Under the pieces are notes generated by a model. That model saw only the letters and a program-made list of their open reading frames with translations, made no database searches and had not been told where the DNA came from. 64,000 nt of DNA from an uncultured Eubacteriales bacterium (GTDB taxonomy: Bacteria > Bacillota > Clostridia > Christensenellales > Borkfalkiaceae): positions 10,278-74,277 of the forward strand of contig CATZMZ010000008.1 of the NCBI GenBank assembly GCA_958421945.1, read 5' to 3'. Position 1 is the first letter of the stretch; each line of letters opens with the position of its first letter. The position numbers were made by a program, and so were the translations under genes. Below, one piece after another: positions 17,363-26,708 of the stretch.

Positions 17363-18757
17363 ATGGAAAATTTCAACGGAAAAAAATATTTAATAACGAC
17401 CTACGGTTGCCAGATGAATTTGCACGAATCGGAAAAGCTTGCGGGGATACTTTCCTCGTTAGGCATGACGGAATGTAAAAACGAAACCGAGGCAGACATA
17501 ATAGTTTTCAATACTTGTTGTATTCGCGAAAATGCGGAAGAACGCGCAGAGGGCAATATCGGCGCATTGAAACAGCTTAAAAAACGCAAAAAAGATTTAA
17601 TTATTGCAGTCGGCGGGTGCATGACGCAACAAAAGCATTACGCGGAAAAGCTTTCGAAAACCTTTCCTTTCGTGGACATTATTTTCGGAACGCATAACCT
17701 TGAAGACTTTAAAAGCTTACTTATCCGCAAAATCGAAAAGGATAAAAGTATAATAGCCATTCAAGAATCTGAGGGTGCAATTCGTGAAGGGACGCCCAAA
17801 ACGAGAACGAGCTATCCTAACGCGTGGGTAAACATTACTTACGGTTGCAATAATTTTTGCTCTTACTGTATCGTGCCTTACGTCCGGGGGCGGGAAAGAA
17901 GTCGCGCACCGCGGGACGTTGTCGCCGAGTGTGAAGCTCTCGTTAAAGATGGTTATAAGGAAATCACCTTGCTCGGTCAGAACGTTAATTCTTACGGCAA
18001 CGATTTAGGTAACGTCGGTTTTGCCTCGCTTATTTCGGCAGTTTCCGCAATCAACGGCGAGTTCTGGTTGCGTTTTATGACGAATCATCCCAAAGATTTA
18101 ACCGAAAATCTTGTAATGGCTCTTGCCAAAAGCGATAAAACTTGCCGCTCTATCCATTTGCCCGTGCAAGCCGGCGCGAATAGAATTTTAAAGCTTATGA
18201 ACAGAAAATATACGCGGGAGGATTATTTGCAAAAGGTTAAGTTGCTCCGTAAATATATGCCCGATATATCGATTACCACAGATATTATGGTCGGTTTCCC
18301 AACTGAAACGGAAGAAGATTTTAACGACACGATGGCGCTTGTCAAAGAAGTCGGGTTTGCGGGTGCGTTTACGTTTATTTATTCGCCGAGAGAAGGGACT
18401 CCTGCGGCAAAAATGGACGGGCAAATCCCCGCGGAAGTTTCAAAAAATCGAATTATGCGTTTAATTGACTTGCAAAACTCTATAAACCGCGAACAGTCAA
18501 AAGCTTACCTCGGGAAAACCGTTACTGTTCTTTGCGAAGGGTTCGACGAGAAAAAAAACAAGTTTCTCGGACGCGACACTTACGGACGAATGGCGTATTT
18601 TGCGGGTTCGCCCGATTTAATCGGTAATTTCGTAAGCGTAAAAATAACCGAAACGGGCGGTATTTCGCTTATGGGTGAAATCGATGACGGTTATAAATCG
18701 AACGCCGACTCGAATTCCGAAGCGAACGCTTTGACGTGCGGATTAACGAACGATTGA
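17363..18757 (+). CDS. miaB: tRNA-2-methylthio-N6-dimethylallyladenosine synthase MiaB (radical SAM)
   Basis: 464 aa with TYGCQMN, the radical-SAM motif CNNFCSYCIVP, and a TRAM domain at the C-terminus. Confidence 0.92.
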   Translation: MENFNGKKYLITTYGCQMNLHESEKLAGILSSLGMTECKNETEADIIVFNTCCIRENAEERAEGNIGALKQLKKRKKDLIIAVGGCMTQQKHYAEKLSKTFPFVDIIFGTHNLEDFKSLLIRKIEKDKSIIAIQESEGAIREGTPKTRTSYPNAWVNITYGCNNFCSYCIVPYVRGRERSRAPRDVVAECEALVKDGYKEITLLGQNVNSYGNDLGNVGFASLISAVSAINGEFWLRFMTNHPKDLTENLVMALAKSDKTCRSIHLPVQAGANRILKLMNRKYTREDYLQKVKLLRKYMPDISITTDIMVGFPTETEEDFNDTMALVKEVGFAGAFTFIYSPREGTPAAKMDGQIPAEVSKNRIMRLIDLQNSINREQSKAYLGKTVTVLCEGFDEKKNKFLGRDTYGRMAYFAGSPDLIGNFVSVKITETGGISLMGEIDDGYKSNADSNSEANALTCGLTND

Positions 18758-18904
18758 AAACTTTTTAAATAACCGACTTTAACGGCACGTTAACCGGGAA
18801 ATAACGCGTAAACAGCAAAGACGCAACAGAAAAATTATAACGAAACATATAACGAAAAATACGCAACTTTTAAACTTATTACAAACGAAAACGGCAGGTG
18901 TAAT

Positions 18905-21499
18905 ATGGCTCTTTCGCCGATGATGGCGCATTACAGACAAATAAAAAGCAAATACAGCGATTGCATAGTTTTTTACAGATTAGGCGATTTTTACGAAATG
19001 TTTGACGATGACGCTGTTAAAGCGTCCGAAATTCTTAATCTGACTTTGACCGGGCGCGATTGCGGTTTGGAAAAACGCGCGCCTATGTGTGGCGTCCCTT
19101 TTCACGCTGCCGACGTTTACATTTCTAAACTCGTTTCCGCAGGGGAAAAGGTTGCAATTTGCGAACAGCTTACCGAGCCGAACGGCAAAAACCTCGTCGA
19201 GAGGGACGTTATTAAAGTTGTTACCGCGGGTACTATTACCAACAACGAACTCATTGACGAAAAAACCAACAATTTTATTTGTGCGGTGTACTGTTCCAAA
19301 CCCGATTCCGCTATTGCTTGGGCAGATATTACCACGGGGGAATTTTTCGCCAAGGCTTTCGGCGGAGAAGAAATGCTTTCGGATATTTTTAACGAACTCG
19401 TTAAAATTTCGCCGGCGGAGCTTATTGCGGACAGAAACGCATACGACACACTTATAGAGTCTCCGCTCGTAAAGCAGTTGGTTTTGCCAAAACCTTCGCA
19501 ATATATTCAAAGCTCGTTCGACGAAGACAACGCGGCAATCGTGTTAAAAGAGCAATTCGGCGTTTCTACTCTCGAACCGTTCGGCTTAAAAAACGGCGAC
19601 GTATCCATTAAACCTGCGGGCGCACTTTTATCGTATTTACAAGAAACGCAAAAAACCGTTTTAACTAACATTAATGGGATAGAGTTAAAAAAAGACGGCG
19701 AATTTATGATGCTCGATTTTAACGCCGTAAGAAATCTCGAACTCGTCAAAACCCTTCGCGACGGTAAAAAATACGGTTCTCTGCTTTGGGTTTTGGATAA
19801 AACGAAAACGAGCATGGGTGCGAGAATGTTGCAAAACGTTATTCTTTCACCGCTTAACGATATAGATAAAATCAATTACCGTCTCGACGCGGTCGAGGGA
19901 TTTTTCAATAATAATTCCGTAAGGCAAAGCTTGACCGATATTTTATCAAACGTTAAGGATATCGGCAGGATAGCGGGCAATATTTCTAACGGAAATCTTT
20001 ATCCGAGGGATTGTATCGCTTTGGCGAATTCGCTTGAACCGATACCTATTATTAAATTTCAGCTTTCGGGTTTTAATTGCGCATGCATTACGGATATTCT
20101 GTCAAAATTAAAAGATTTTACCGACGTCGTTAGCCTTTTAAATGCCGCAATAATTGCGCCTTCCGATACGAAAGAATCTAAAAACGACGATTATAAGTAT
20201 ATCAGAACGGGCTTTAACAAAGAACTCGACGAACTGCGCGGACTGTGCAAAAATTCGCGCACGGCAATCGCGGCAATCGAATCACGCGAACGCGAAAGAA
20301 CGGGCATTAAAACATTACGAATAAGCTATAATCGCGTGTTCGGTTACTATATAGAGGTTACGAATTCTTTTAAGGATAGAATCCCTTACGATTACGTTCG
20401 CCGTCAAACGTTGACGAACGCCGAGAGATACGTTACCGAAGAGCTGAAAACTCTTGAAGAAAAAGTGCTTTCGGCGGAGGATAAGGCGCAGTCGTTAGAG
20501 CTTGATATTTATAACGAAATCAAACGAAAACTCCTTTCAGAAGTTGCCGATTTTCAGTGTGCCGCGGAGGCAATTGCGGAGCTTGACCTGTTTATTGCGT
20601 TTGCAAACGTTGCAAAGCAAAACGGTTACGTCAGACCCATCGTCGTTGACAGCAAAAAACCGCTCGATATCGTAGACGGCAGACACCCGGTGGTTGAAAC
20701 AGTTTCATCACAAAGATTCGTTCCTAACGACACCGTTCTCGATTGCGGTGAAAACAGAACGATGATTATTACAGGGCCTAATATGGCGGGGAAAAGCACT
20801 TATATGCGGCAAGTTGCCTTAATCACGCTGATGGCGCATATGGGAAGCTTCGTTCCCGCGAGAAGCGCGGAAATCCCGCTTACCGACAGAATTTTTACGA
20901 GAATAGGCGCAAGCGACAGCCTTATTTCCGACCAAAGCACGTTTATGGTAGAAATGTCCGAGGTGGCAAGCATAATTAAAAACGCAACCGAGAAAAGCCT
21001 TTTGATTCTTGACGAAATAGGCAGGGGGACGAGTACTTTCGACGGATTATCCATTGCATGGGCTGTCGTTGAATACGTTACCGAAAAAATACGCGCAAAA
21101 ACCCTTTTTGCAACACATTATCACGAACTAACGGAACTCGAAGGTGTGATGGATGGTGTTAAAAACTATAAAATCAGCGTTAAAGAAATGCAAGGCGGCA
21201 TAATTTTTCTTCGCAAGATTATGCGCGGCGGAGCAAATAAGAGTTTCGGTATAGAGGTTGCCGAGCTTGCCGGGGTTGACAAAAAAGTTACGGAACGCGC
21301 AAAATCTATACTGAAACGGGTAGAAAAGGCAGATTTTGCCCTTTCTGACGCAAATAATACGAGTAGCGATAAAAAAGAACGCAAGACTTATTCGGAAACA
21401 GAACGAATTATTCTTGACCTCGATATAAACAATTTGTCGCCGATGCAAGCATTTACGGTTATTGCCGATTTGCACGAAAAACTTATTAAACAAAAATAG
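18905..21499 (+). CDS. mutS: DNA mismatch repair protein MutS
   Basis: 864 aa with SPMMAHYRQIK...FYRLGDFYEMF, Walker A GPNMAGKST, and DEIGRGTSTFDG. Confidence 0.96.
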   Translation: MALSPMMAHYRQIKSKYSDCIVFYRLGDFYEMFDDDAVKASEILNLTLTGRDCGLEKRAPMCGVPFHAADVYISKLVSAGEKVAICEQLTEPNGKNLVERDVIKVVTAGTITNNELIDEKTNNFICAVYCSKPDSAIAWADITTGEFFAKAFGGEEMLSDIFNELVKISPAELIADRNAYDTLIESPLVKQLVLPKPSQYIQSSFDEDNAAIVLKEQFGVSTLEPFGLKNGDVSIKPAGALLSYLQETQKTVLTNINGIELKKDGEFMMLDFNAVRNLELVKTLRDGKKYGSLLWVLDKTKTSMGARMLQNVILSPLNDIDKINYRLDAVEGFFNNNSVRQSLTDILSNVKDIGRIAGNISNGNLYPRDCIALANSLEPIPIIKFQLSGFNCACITDILSKLKDFTDVVSLLNAAIIAPSDTKESKNDDYKYIRTGFNKELDELRGLCKNSRTAIAAIESRERERTGIKTLRISYNRVFGYYIEVTNSFKDRIPYDYVRRQTLTNAERYVTEELKTLEEKVLSAEDKAQSLELDIYNEIKRKLLSEVADFQCAAEAIAELDLFIAFANVAKQNGYVRPIVVDSKKPLDIVDGRHPVVETVSSQRFVPNDTVLDCGENRTMIITGPNMAGKSTYMRQVALITLMAHMGSFVPARSAEIPLTDRIFTRIGASDSLISDQSTFMVEMSEVASIIKNATEKSLLILDEIGRGTSTFDGLSIAWAVVEYVTEKIRAKTLFATHYHELTELEGVMDGVKNYKISVKEMQGGIIFLRKIMRGGANKSFGIEVAELAGVDKKVTERAKSILKRVEKADFALSDANNTSSDKKERKTYSETERIILDLDINNLSPMQAFTVIADLHEKLIKQK

Positions 21500-21504
21500 A
21501 TATT

Positions 21505-23442
21505 ATGAGTGTTATCAATTTATTAAGCAGTAAAATTTATAATCGAATCGCTGCGGGCGAAGTCGTCGAAAGACCGTATTCGGTTGTTAAAGAACTCGTA
21601 GAAAACTCGATCGACGCCGGCGCGAAAAATATCACCGTCGAAATTACGGGCGGTGGCATTTCGAGTATACGCGTTTACGATGACGGTTCGGGTATACAAA
21701 AAAGCGAATTAAAAAAAGCGTTATTGCCGCATGCTACAAGCAAAATTTCAAGTGTAGAAGATTTGGATGAAATTTTAACTCTGGGTTTTCGCGGCGAAGC
21801 TCTTGCAAGCATTGCTTCCGTTTCTAAAATAACGATAACCTCTAAACCGCACGAACAAGAGTCCGGCGCGACAATATTTTCCGACGGGGGCGAAACGGGG
21901 GAAGTTGTGGAGTGCGCTTCGCCTGACGGCACGGAAATTTTCGTTCGTAACTTATTTTTCAATACGCCCGCAAGAGAAAAGTTTCTAAAAACTGAACGCG
22001 GCGAGGAAAGCGATATAACGGGTATCGTTTCGCGGTTTATTCTCGGAAATCCCGAAATCGCTATAAAGTATATTTCTAATGGAAAAACAATTTTTCAATC
22101 CTTCGGCGACGGATTAGAAGCCGCTATGACAACCGTCTACGGCAATTCAGTCCTAAAAGATTGTTATTTTATAGAGGGCGAAAAAAACGGAGTAATTGTT
22201 TCGGGGTATATAGGCAAACAATATTTCAGTAAACCTAACAGAACCTATCAATCGTTTTTTATGAACGGTAGATACGTGGTAAACCAGACCGTTTCGGCGG
22301 CAATATCCAACGCATACGCGGCATATTTAATGAAGCGTCAATACCCGTTTTATGTTATTTCTATTAAAATTCCGCCTGAAACGGTGGACGTAAACGTTCA
22401 TCCGAACAAAATCGACGTGAGATTTTCCGATAACAGAGTAGTGTATAGTGCAATTTATTCAGTTGTTTCAAAAGCGCTTGACGGTACGGGCGAAGCGATC
22501 AATATAATTAAAGAAAACAAGGAAAATAATAGCGTTTTTAATTATGATTATGCCACACATAACGAAGAGTTTAAGGCTCGAAGCATCAATTTTGACAAAC
22601 TTGATGAAACGGAAAAAGCCAAATACGCTTCAAAAAACTTTGAAAGCGAAGCAGAGCGAGAAAAGAAGCTTTACGATAAATACGGTTTATTGTTTTGTGA
22701 CAGTGGCAAGCCCGTAAAAAACTTTTTGGACGGGAATCATGATTATAAAACTAATGCAGATAGCGATGTATCGGTTGATATATTTGCCGAAAATAAGGCT
22801 TATCTTGAAAGTCTTGAAAAAAAGAGGACCGAAGAACAGGCTTACGTTCAGGAAGCTGTTTCCTTGTTAAGAGATTTAAAATACGTGGGACAAGTTTTAA
22901 ATACTTACTTGATTTTTGACGACGGACAGGACGTTTTTTTCGTTGACCAACACGCCGCACACGAAAGAATGTTGTACGATAAATTTATTGAAAAAATTAA
23001 TAATAACGGCAACGACGTTCAACCGCTTTTAGTTCCTTACGTGGAAAATTTAAACAGCAGCGAATACACTTTTTTGCTTGAAAAAGCTGATGTTTTTTAT
23101 TCGCTTGGCATAGATATAACCGATTTTGGCGCAAATTCTGTTAAAATCTCAACGTTACCCACGTGTCTAAGCGATATGAACGTTAAAGCTTTTCTTTCGG
23201 AAATTTTATCTGATCTTAACGGATTGAAAAACGTTTCTATGACTGACATTTTAAAGGAAAAAATAGCCCAAAAGGCTTGTAAAGCCGCGATTAAATCGGG
23301 AGATTCGCTGACAGATGCTGACGTAAAGGAAATTATGTTAGCCATAAAACAAAATATAGGCTTAAAATGCCCGCATGGAAGACCTGTGGTCGCAAAAATT
23401 ACACGAACGGAAATGGATAAATGGTTCAAGAGAATTTTGTAA
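21505..23442 (+). CDS. mutL: DNA mismatch repair protein MutL
   Basis: 645 aa with the GHKL ATPase N-terminus (IAAGEVVERPYSVVKELVENSIDAG, GFRGEAL) and the endonuclease motif DQHAAHERMLYD. Confidence 0.95.
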   Translation: MSVINLLSSKIYNRIAAGEVVERPYSVVKELVENSIDAGAKNITVEITGGGISSIRVYDDGSGIQKSELKKALLPHATSKISSVEDLDEILTLGFRGEALASIASVSKITITSKPHEQESGATIFSDGGETGEVVECASPDGTEIFVRNLFFNTPAREKFLKTERGEESDITGIVSRFILGNPEIAIKYISNGKTIFQSFGDGLEAAMTTVYGNSVLKDCYFIEGEKNGVIVSGYIGKQYFSKPNRTYQSFFMNGRYVVNQTVSAAISNAYAAYLMKRQYPFYVISIKIPPETVDVNVHPNKIDVRFSDNRVVYSAIYSVVSKALDGTGEAINIIKENKENNSVFNYDYATHNEEFKARSINFDKLDETEKAKYASKNFESEAEREKKLYDKYGLLFCDSGKPVKNFLDGNHDYKTNADSDVSVDIFAENKAYLESLEKKRTEEQAYVQEAVSLLRDLKYVGQVLNTYLIFDDGQDVFFVDQHAAHERMLYDKFIEKINNNGNDVQPLLVPYVENLNSSEYTFLLEKADVFYSLGIDITDFGANSVKISTLPTCLSDMNVKAFLSEILSDLNGLKNVSMTDILKEKIAQKACKAAIKSGDSLTDADVKEIMLAIKQNIGLKCPHGRPVVAKITRTEMDKWFKRIL

Positions 23443-24374
23443 AAAACGATGTTCCGTTATTGATAATCTGCGGTCCTACCGCAAGCGGAAAAACCGAGCT
23501 TGCGGTCGAATGTGCCAAGCTTTTACATTCCGAAGTGATTTCCGCCGATTCAATGAACGTTTATAAAGAATTGAATATAGGGACAGCAAAGCCGTCTTTG
23601 GAAGAAAGAATGGGTGTCCGACATCATCTGATAGACGTCGTTTCGCCTTTCGATTCTTTTTCCGTTGGCGATTATAAGGAGCTTGCCGAACCGATTGCAG
23701 AAAAATTAACGTCTTTGGGCAAAACACCCGTGATTTGCGGCGGGACGGGTTTTTATATCAATTCATTACTTTATGACTTTTCTTACGGTAACGTTGCGGA
23801 AAATACCGTTGCCAGAGAAAAATATAAAGCGTTAGCACTTAAAGAAGGAAATGAATACGTATATAACGTTTTAAGAAAAGTTGACGAAAAATCAGCGGAC
23901 AGAATCCACCCGAACGATATTAAAAGAGTAATCCGTGCTTTGGAAATTTATGAAAACGGGACTAAAAAATCCGATATTATCGACAGCCAAGTTCCAAAAA
24001 GAAAGTTCCTTGCTTTTTCATACGACATTCCACGTGACGAACTGTATGAAAAAATGAATAACCGTGTAGATTTAATGATTAAAAACGGACTTATCGATGA
24101 GGTGAAAGGTCTTATTCTGAAAGGCTTAAACGAAACGCATCAAAGTCTGCAGGGTATAGGTTATAAAGAAATTTTCGAATATTTGTCGGGCAGGCTGCCT
24201 TTGGACGAGGCAGTTGAAAAAATAAAGCTTAACACAAGACATTATGCAAAAAGGCAAATCACTTTTTTCAAAAAAATTCCCGATTTGATTTATTTAAAAA
24301 AAGAAAAAACAAAACAGACAGCGGAGAGAATCGTTACCGAATATGATAAATACAGACTTAATCAAAAAATGTGA
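23421..24374 (+). CDS. miaA: tRNA dimethylallyltransferase MiaA
   Basis: 317 aa with the P-loop GPTASGKT and SADSMNVYKELNIGTAKP. It overlaps the mutL end by 22 nt. Confidence 0.93.
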   Translation: MVQENFVKNDVPLLIICGPTASGKTELAVECAKLLHSEVISADSMNVYKELNIGTAKPSLEERMGVRHHLIDVVSPFDSFSVGDYKELAEPIAEKLTSLGKTPVICGGTGFYINSLLYDFSYGNVAENTVAREKYKALALKEGNEYVYNVLRKVDEKSADRIHPNDIKRVIRALEIYENGTKKSDIIDSQVPKRKFLAFSYDIPRDELYEKMNNRVDLMIKNGLIDEVKGLILKGLNETHQSLQGIGYKEIFEYLSGRLPLDEAVEKIKLNTRHYAKRQITFFKKIPDLIYLKKEKTKQTAERIVTEYDKYRLNQKM

Positions 24375-25554
24375 AAAAGAATTAAAAGACAATTTTGTAG
24401 AATTAGACGAAATTTGTCTTTACAATCAAGAAAAGGTGCTTAACGCTTTTAAGAAGAACAAAATCGCATTACGGCATTTTGCAGGCTCAACCGGTTATGG
24501 CTACGGAGACGAGGGGCGCGACGCGCTGAATGCCGTTTTTGCCGACGTTTTTAACGCGGAAGACGCAATTTGTTCGCCGAATATCGTTTCGGGGACTCAC
24601 GCGCTTTCCATTTGTCTATACGGAATTTTAAGACACGGCGACACTTTTATCAGTATTACGGGCGAACCTTACGATACGCTTTCGGATACTATCAGAGGAA
24701 AGAACGTTGGTTCTCTGTCCGATTACGGCGTTAATTTTGAAACGATTTCCTTAATCGACGGTGAATTTAACATGCCTGCAATCAAAGAAAGACTAAAAAA
24801 TTCAAGCGTAAAAATGGTATATTTGCAACGCTCCAGAGGGTATGAATGGCGCAACGCTTTATCATTATGTCAGATAGAAACGATAGTCAAATTCTTAAGA
24901 AAAGACTGTAATTTTGACGGTTGCATAATGGTGGATAATTGTTACGGCGAATTTATCGATAAAAGAGAACCTACGGACGTCGGCGTAAACATTATCGCGG
25001 GTTCTATGATTAAAAATCCGGGCGGAGGAATCGCGCCGACGGGCGGTTACGTTGCTGGCGATAAAAAATACGTCGATTTAATAAGAAATCGTTTGACTGC
25101 TCCCGCAATAGGCGGCGAGGTCGGTTCATATTTTAACGGCTATCAATATTTTTATCAGGGTCTTTTTCTTGCACCGCACGTCGTAAAAGAGGCGGTTAAA
25201 GGAGCCATGCTTTTTGCTTGTATTTTTTCCAACCTCGGTTATGACGTATTGCCGCATAAAAACGAAATACCATGCGATATTATAACCTCATTGAAGTTTA
25301 ACGATAGAAAAAAAATGATTGAATTTATTCAGACCGTACAAGAGAATTCGCCGATTGACAGCTTCGTTACGGTTTTACCGTGGGATATGCCGGGGTATGA
25401 GGACGAAGTTATTATGGCGGCTGGCTGTTTTGTTCAGGGGGCGTCAATAGAATTATCTGCCGACGGTCCTGTTAAACCGCCTTATATTGCCTATTTGCAA
25501 GGCGGTTTAACTTACGAACATTGCAAAATCGTATTGAAAAACATGAAGCTTTAA
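24343..25554 (+). CDS. YnbB/'aluminium resistance' family PLP-dependent enzyme (Cys/Met-metabolism fold)
   Basis: 403 aa. The sequence is typical of the YnbB family (...GSTGYGYGDEGRD...VDNCYGEF...). It overlaps the miaA end. Confidence 0.7.
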   Translation: MINTDLIKKCEKELKDNFVELDEICLYNQEKVLNAFKKNKIALRHFAGSTGYGYGDEGRDALNAVFADVFNAEDAICSPNIVSGTHALSICLYGILRHGDTFISITGEPYDTLSDTIRGKNVGSLSDYGVNFETISLIDGEFNMPAIKERLKNSSVKMVYLQRSRGYEWRNALSLCQIETIVKFLRKDCNFDGCIMVDNCYGEFIDKREPTDVGVNIIAGSMIKNPGGGIAPTGGYVAGDKKYVDLIRNRLTAPAIGGEVGSYFNGYQYFYQGLFLAPHVVKEAVKGAMLFACIFSNLGYDVLPHKNEIPCDIITSLKFNDRKKMIEFIQTVQENSPIDSFVTVLPWDMPGYEDEVIMAAGCFVQGASIELSADGPVKPPYIAYLQGGLTYEHCKIVLKNMKL

Positions 25555-25595
25555 CACTCGAAGCAGCGTGTTTATTAAAAATTATTAAAAAACAT

Positions 25596-25623
25596 GCCGC
25601 GCTGACAAAAACGTCGGCGCGGC
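25596..25623. terminator. GC-rich hairpin terminator between the convergent ynbB-like gene and lexA
   Basis: GCCGCGCTGAC-aaaaa-GTCGGCGCGGC. The T-rich tail is on the minus strand, so it mainly serves lexA. Confidence 0.6.
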
Positions 25624-25664
25624 TATAATAAAACCAAAATAAAAATAATTAAAATAAACCCGGA

Positions 25665-26261
25665 TTAAAACTTTCTGTATAAACCTTTAACTACCCCTAA
25701 AATACTAACGTTATCGTAAATTAAATCTTCCATATCGTCGTTTTCGGGATGTAATATAACTTTCCCGTCGTTAATAAAAAATCTTTTGACAGTCGCGGAA
25801 TCGTCAACGAGCGCAACGACAATTTCGCCGTTTTCGGCACACTCTTGTTTTTTAACGATTATCACGTCTTTATCGTAAATCCCTGCGTTAATCATACTGT
25901 TTCCCGTTACGCGAAGCGCAAAACAATCCCTGTCGTCACCCATATCTGGGGGAAGCGGATAATATCCCTCGAGATTTTCCGCGGCAAAAATAGGCGTCCC
26001 TGCGCGAATAACGCCAAGCAAGGGGATACCGTCGACTTTTTCCGCTTGCGGAATTCTGATAGCGCGTTTTTTCATCGGGCTTTTATCAAGCACTCCTTTT
26101 GCTTTAAGCTTTTCAAGGTAGGAATATGCCGTTGCGGTTGACTTAATGTTAAGCTTTGCGCAAATTTCCCTTACCGACGGCGGATACCCGTTATCCTTAA
26201 TATATTCGAAAGTAAATTCGTATACGTTATTGAGCTTCTGGTTCAATTCTCGTTTTTTCAT
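25665..26261 (-). CDS. lexA: LexA repressor
   Basis: 198 aa with an N-terminal winged HTH (PPSVREICAKLNIKSTATAYSYLEKLKAKG), an AG cleavage site (RAGTP), and the S24 peptidase motif VTGNSM...K. Confidence 0.95.
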   Translation of the reverse strand: MKKRELNQKLNNVYEFTFEYIKDNGYPPSVREICAKLNIKSTATAYSYLEKLKAKGVLDKSPMKKRAIRIPQAEKVDGIPLLGVIRAGTPIFAAENLEGYYPLPPDMGDDRDCFALRVTGNSMINAGIYDKDVIIVKKQECAENGEIVVALVDDSATVKRFFINDGKVILHPENDDMEDLIYDNVSILGVVKGLYRKF

Positions 26262-26267
26262 AGTTTT

Positions 26268-26296
26268 ATTATACGCGTATTATTAAATTTTGTCAA
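26268..26296 (-). promoter_or_regulatory. lexA sigma-A promoter
   Basis: Minus strand TTGACA (26291-26296), 17 nt, then TATAAT (26268-26273). Confidence 0.65.
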
Positions 26297-26307
26297 ACAA
26301 ATGTTTG
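26294..26307. promoter_or_regulatory. LexA-box-like palindrome CAAACAAATGTTTG
   Basis: 14-bp dyad, perfect except for its two central bases, of the form AAAC-N4-GTTT, a variant of the Firmicute Cheo box GAAC-N4-GTTC. It overlaps the lexA -35 element and abuts a plus-strand TATAAT (26308-26313). Confidence 0.55.
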
Positions 26308-26387
26308 TATAATTTTATTGAAAACACTTGATAATTTTTAAAATTTATTGTAACATAAACTTATATAAGAAAAAAAGGAGCATTTAT

Positions 26388-26576
26388 ATGGAAGAAAATA
26401 ATAAAATCAACGCATCAGATAACAAAAATTTAAATACCGACGATTTAGATGAAGACGATTATTGCGACCTCGACCGTACAAAAATCTGTGATAATTGCTG
26501 CAAATGCATCGAAACCGATAAAAATTATAAAATAATTAAAATTACCAAAATAATTACCGACGAAAAAGATTTTTGA
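26388..26576 (+). CDS. Small acidic Cys-rich hypothetical protein (62 aa), divergent from lexA
   Basis: ATG 26388 is preceded by AAGGAG (26375-26380). The protein is MEENNKINASDNKNLNTDDLDEDDYCDLDRTKICDNCCKCIETDKNYKIIKITKIITDEKDF, with Cys pattern C-x7-C-x2-CC-x-C. I do not recognise a family. Confidence 0.5.
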   Translation: MEENNKINASDNKNLNTDDLDEDDYCDLDRTKICDNCCKCIETDKNYKIIKITKIITDEKDF

Positions 26577-26600
26577 TTTACGATAATCTTGCAATATTTG

Positions 26601-26629
26601 TTGACATTACTGAAAGTATTAGTTATAAT
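26601..26629 (+). promoter_or_regulatory. Consensus sigma-A promoter of the nagA-like cluster
   Basis: TTGACA (26601-26606), 17 nt, then TATAAT (26624-26629). Confidence 0.65.
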
Positions 26630-26708
26630 ATTACCATAAAAGATATTATATTCCATAAATTTAGGTAATATAATATACAATTTTAATTTTTGAGTACGGA
26701 GTTAAAGA

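Noticed and set aside
18980-19510. Long antisense or alternative-frame ORFs inside well-supported genes (18980-19510 in mutS; 36106-36699 in the glycosidase; 48685-49101 opposite the ACT gene; 56202-56723 in kdgK; 57812-58381 in purB; 5352-5741 in yunB; and others)
   Set aside because: These are shadow ORFs opposite strongly conserved coding frames. Their translations are low-complexity and rich in R, S, F and L, with no start signals. This is expected by chance in genes with biased codon usage.
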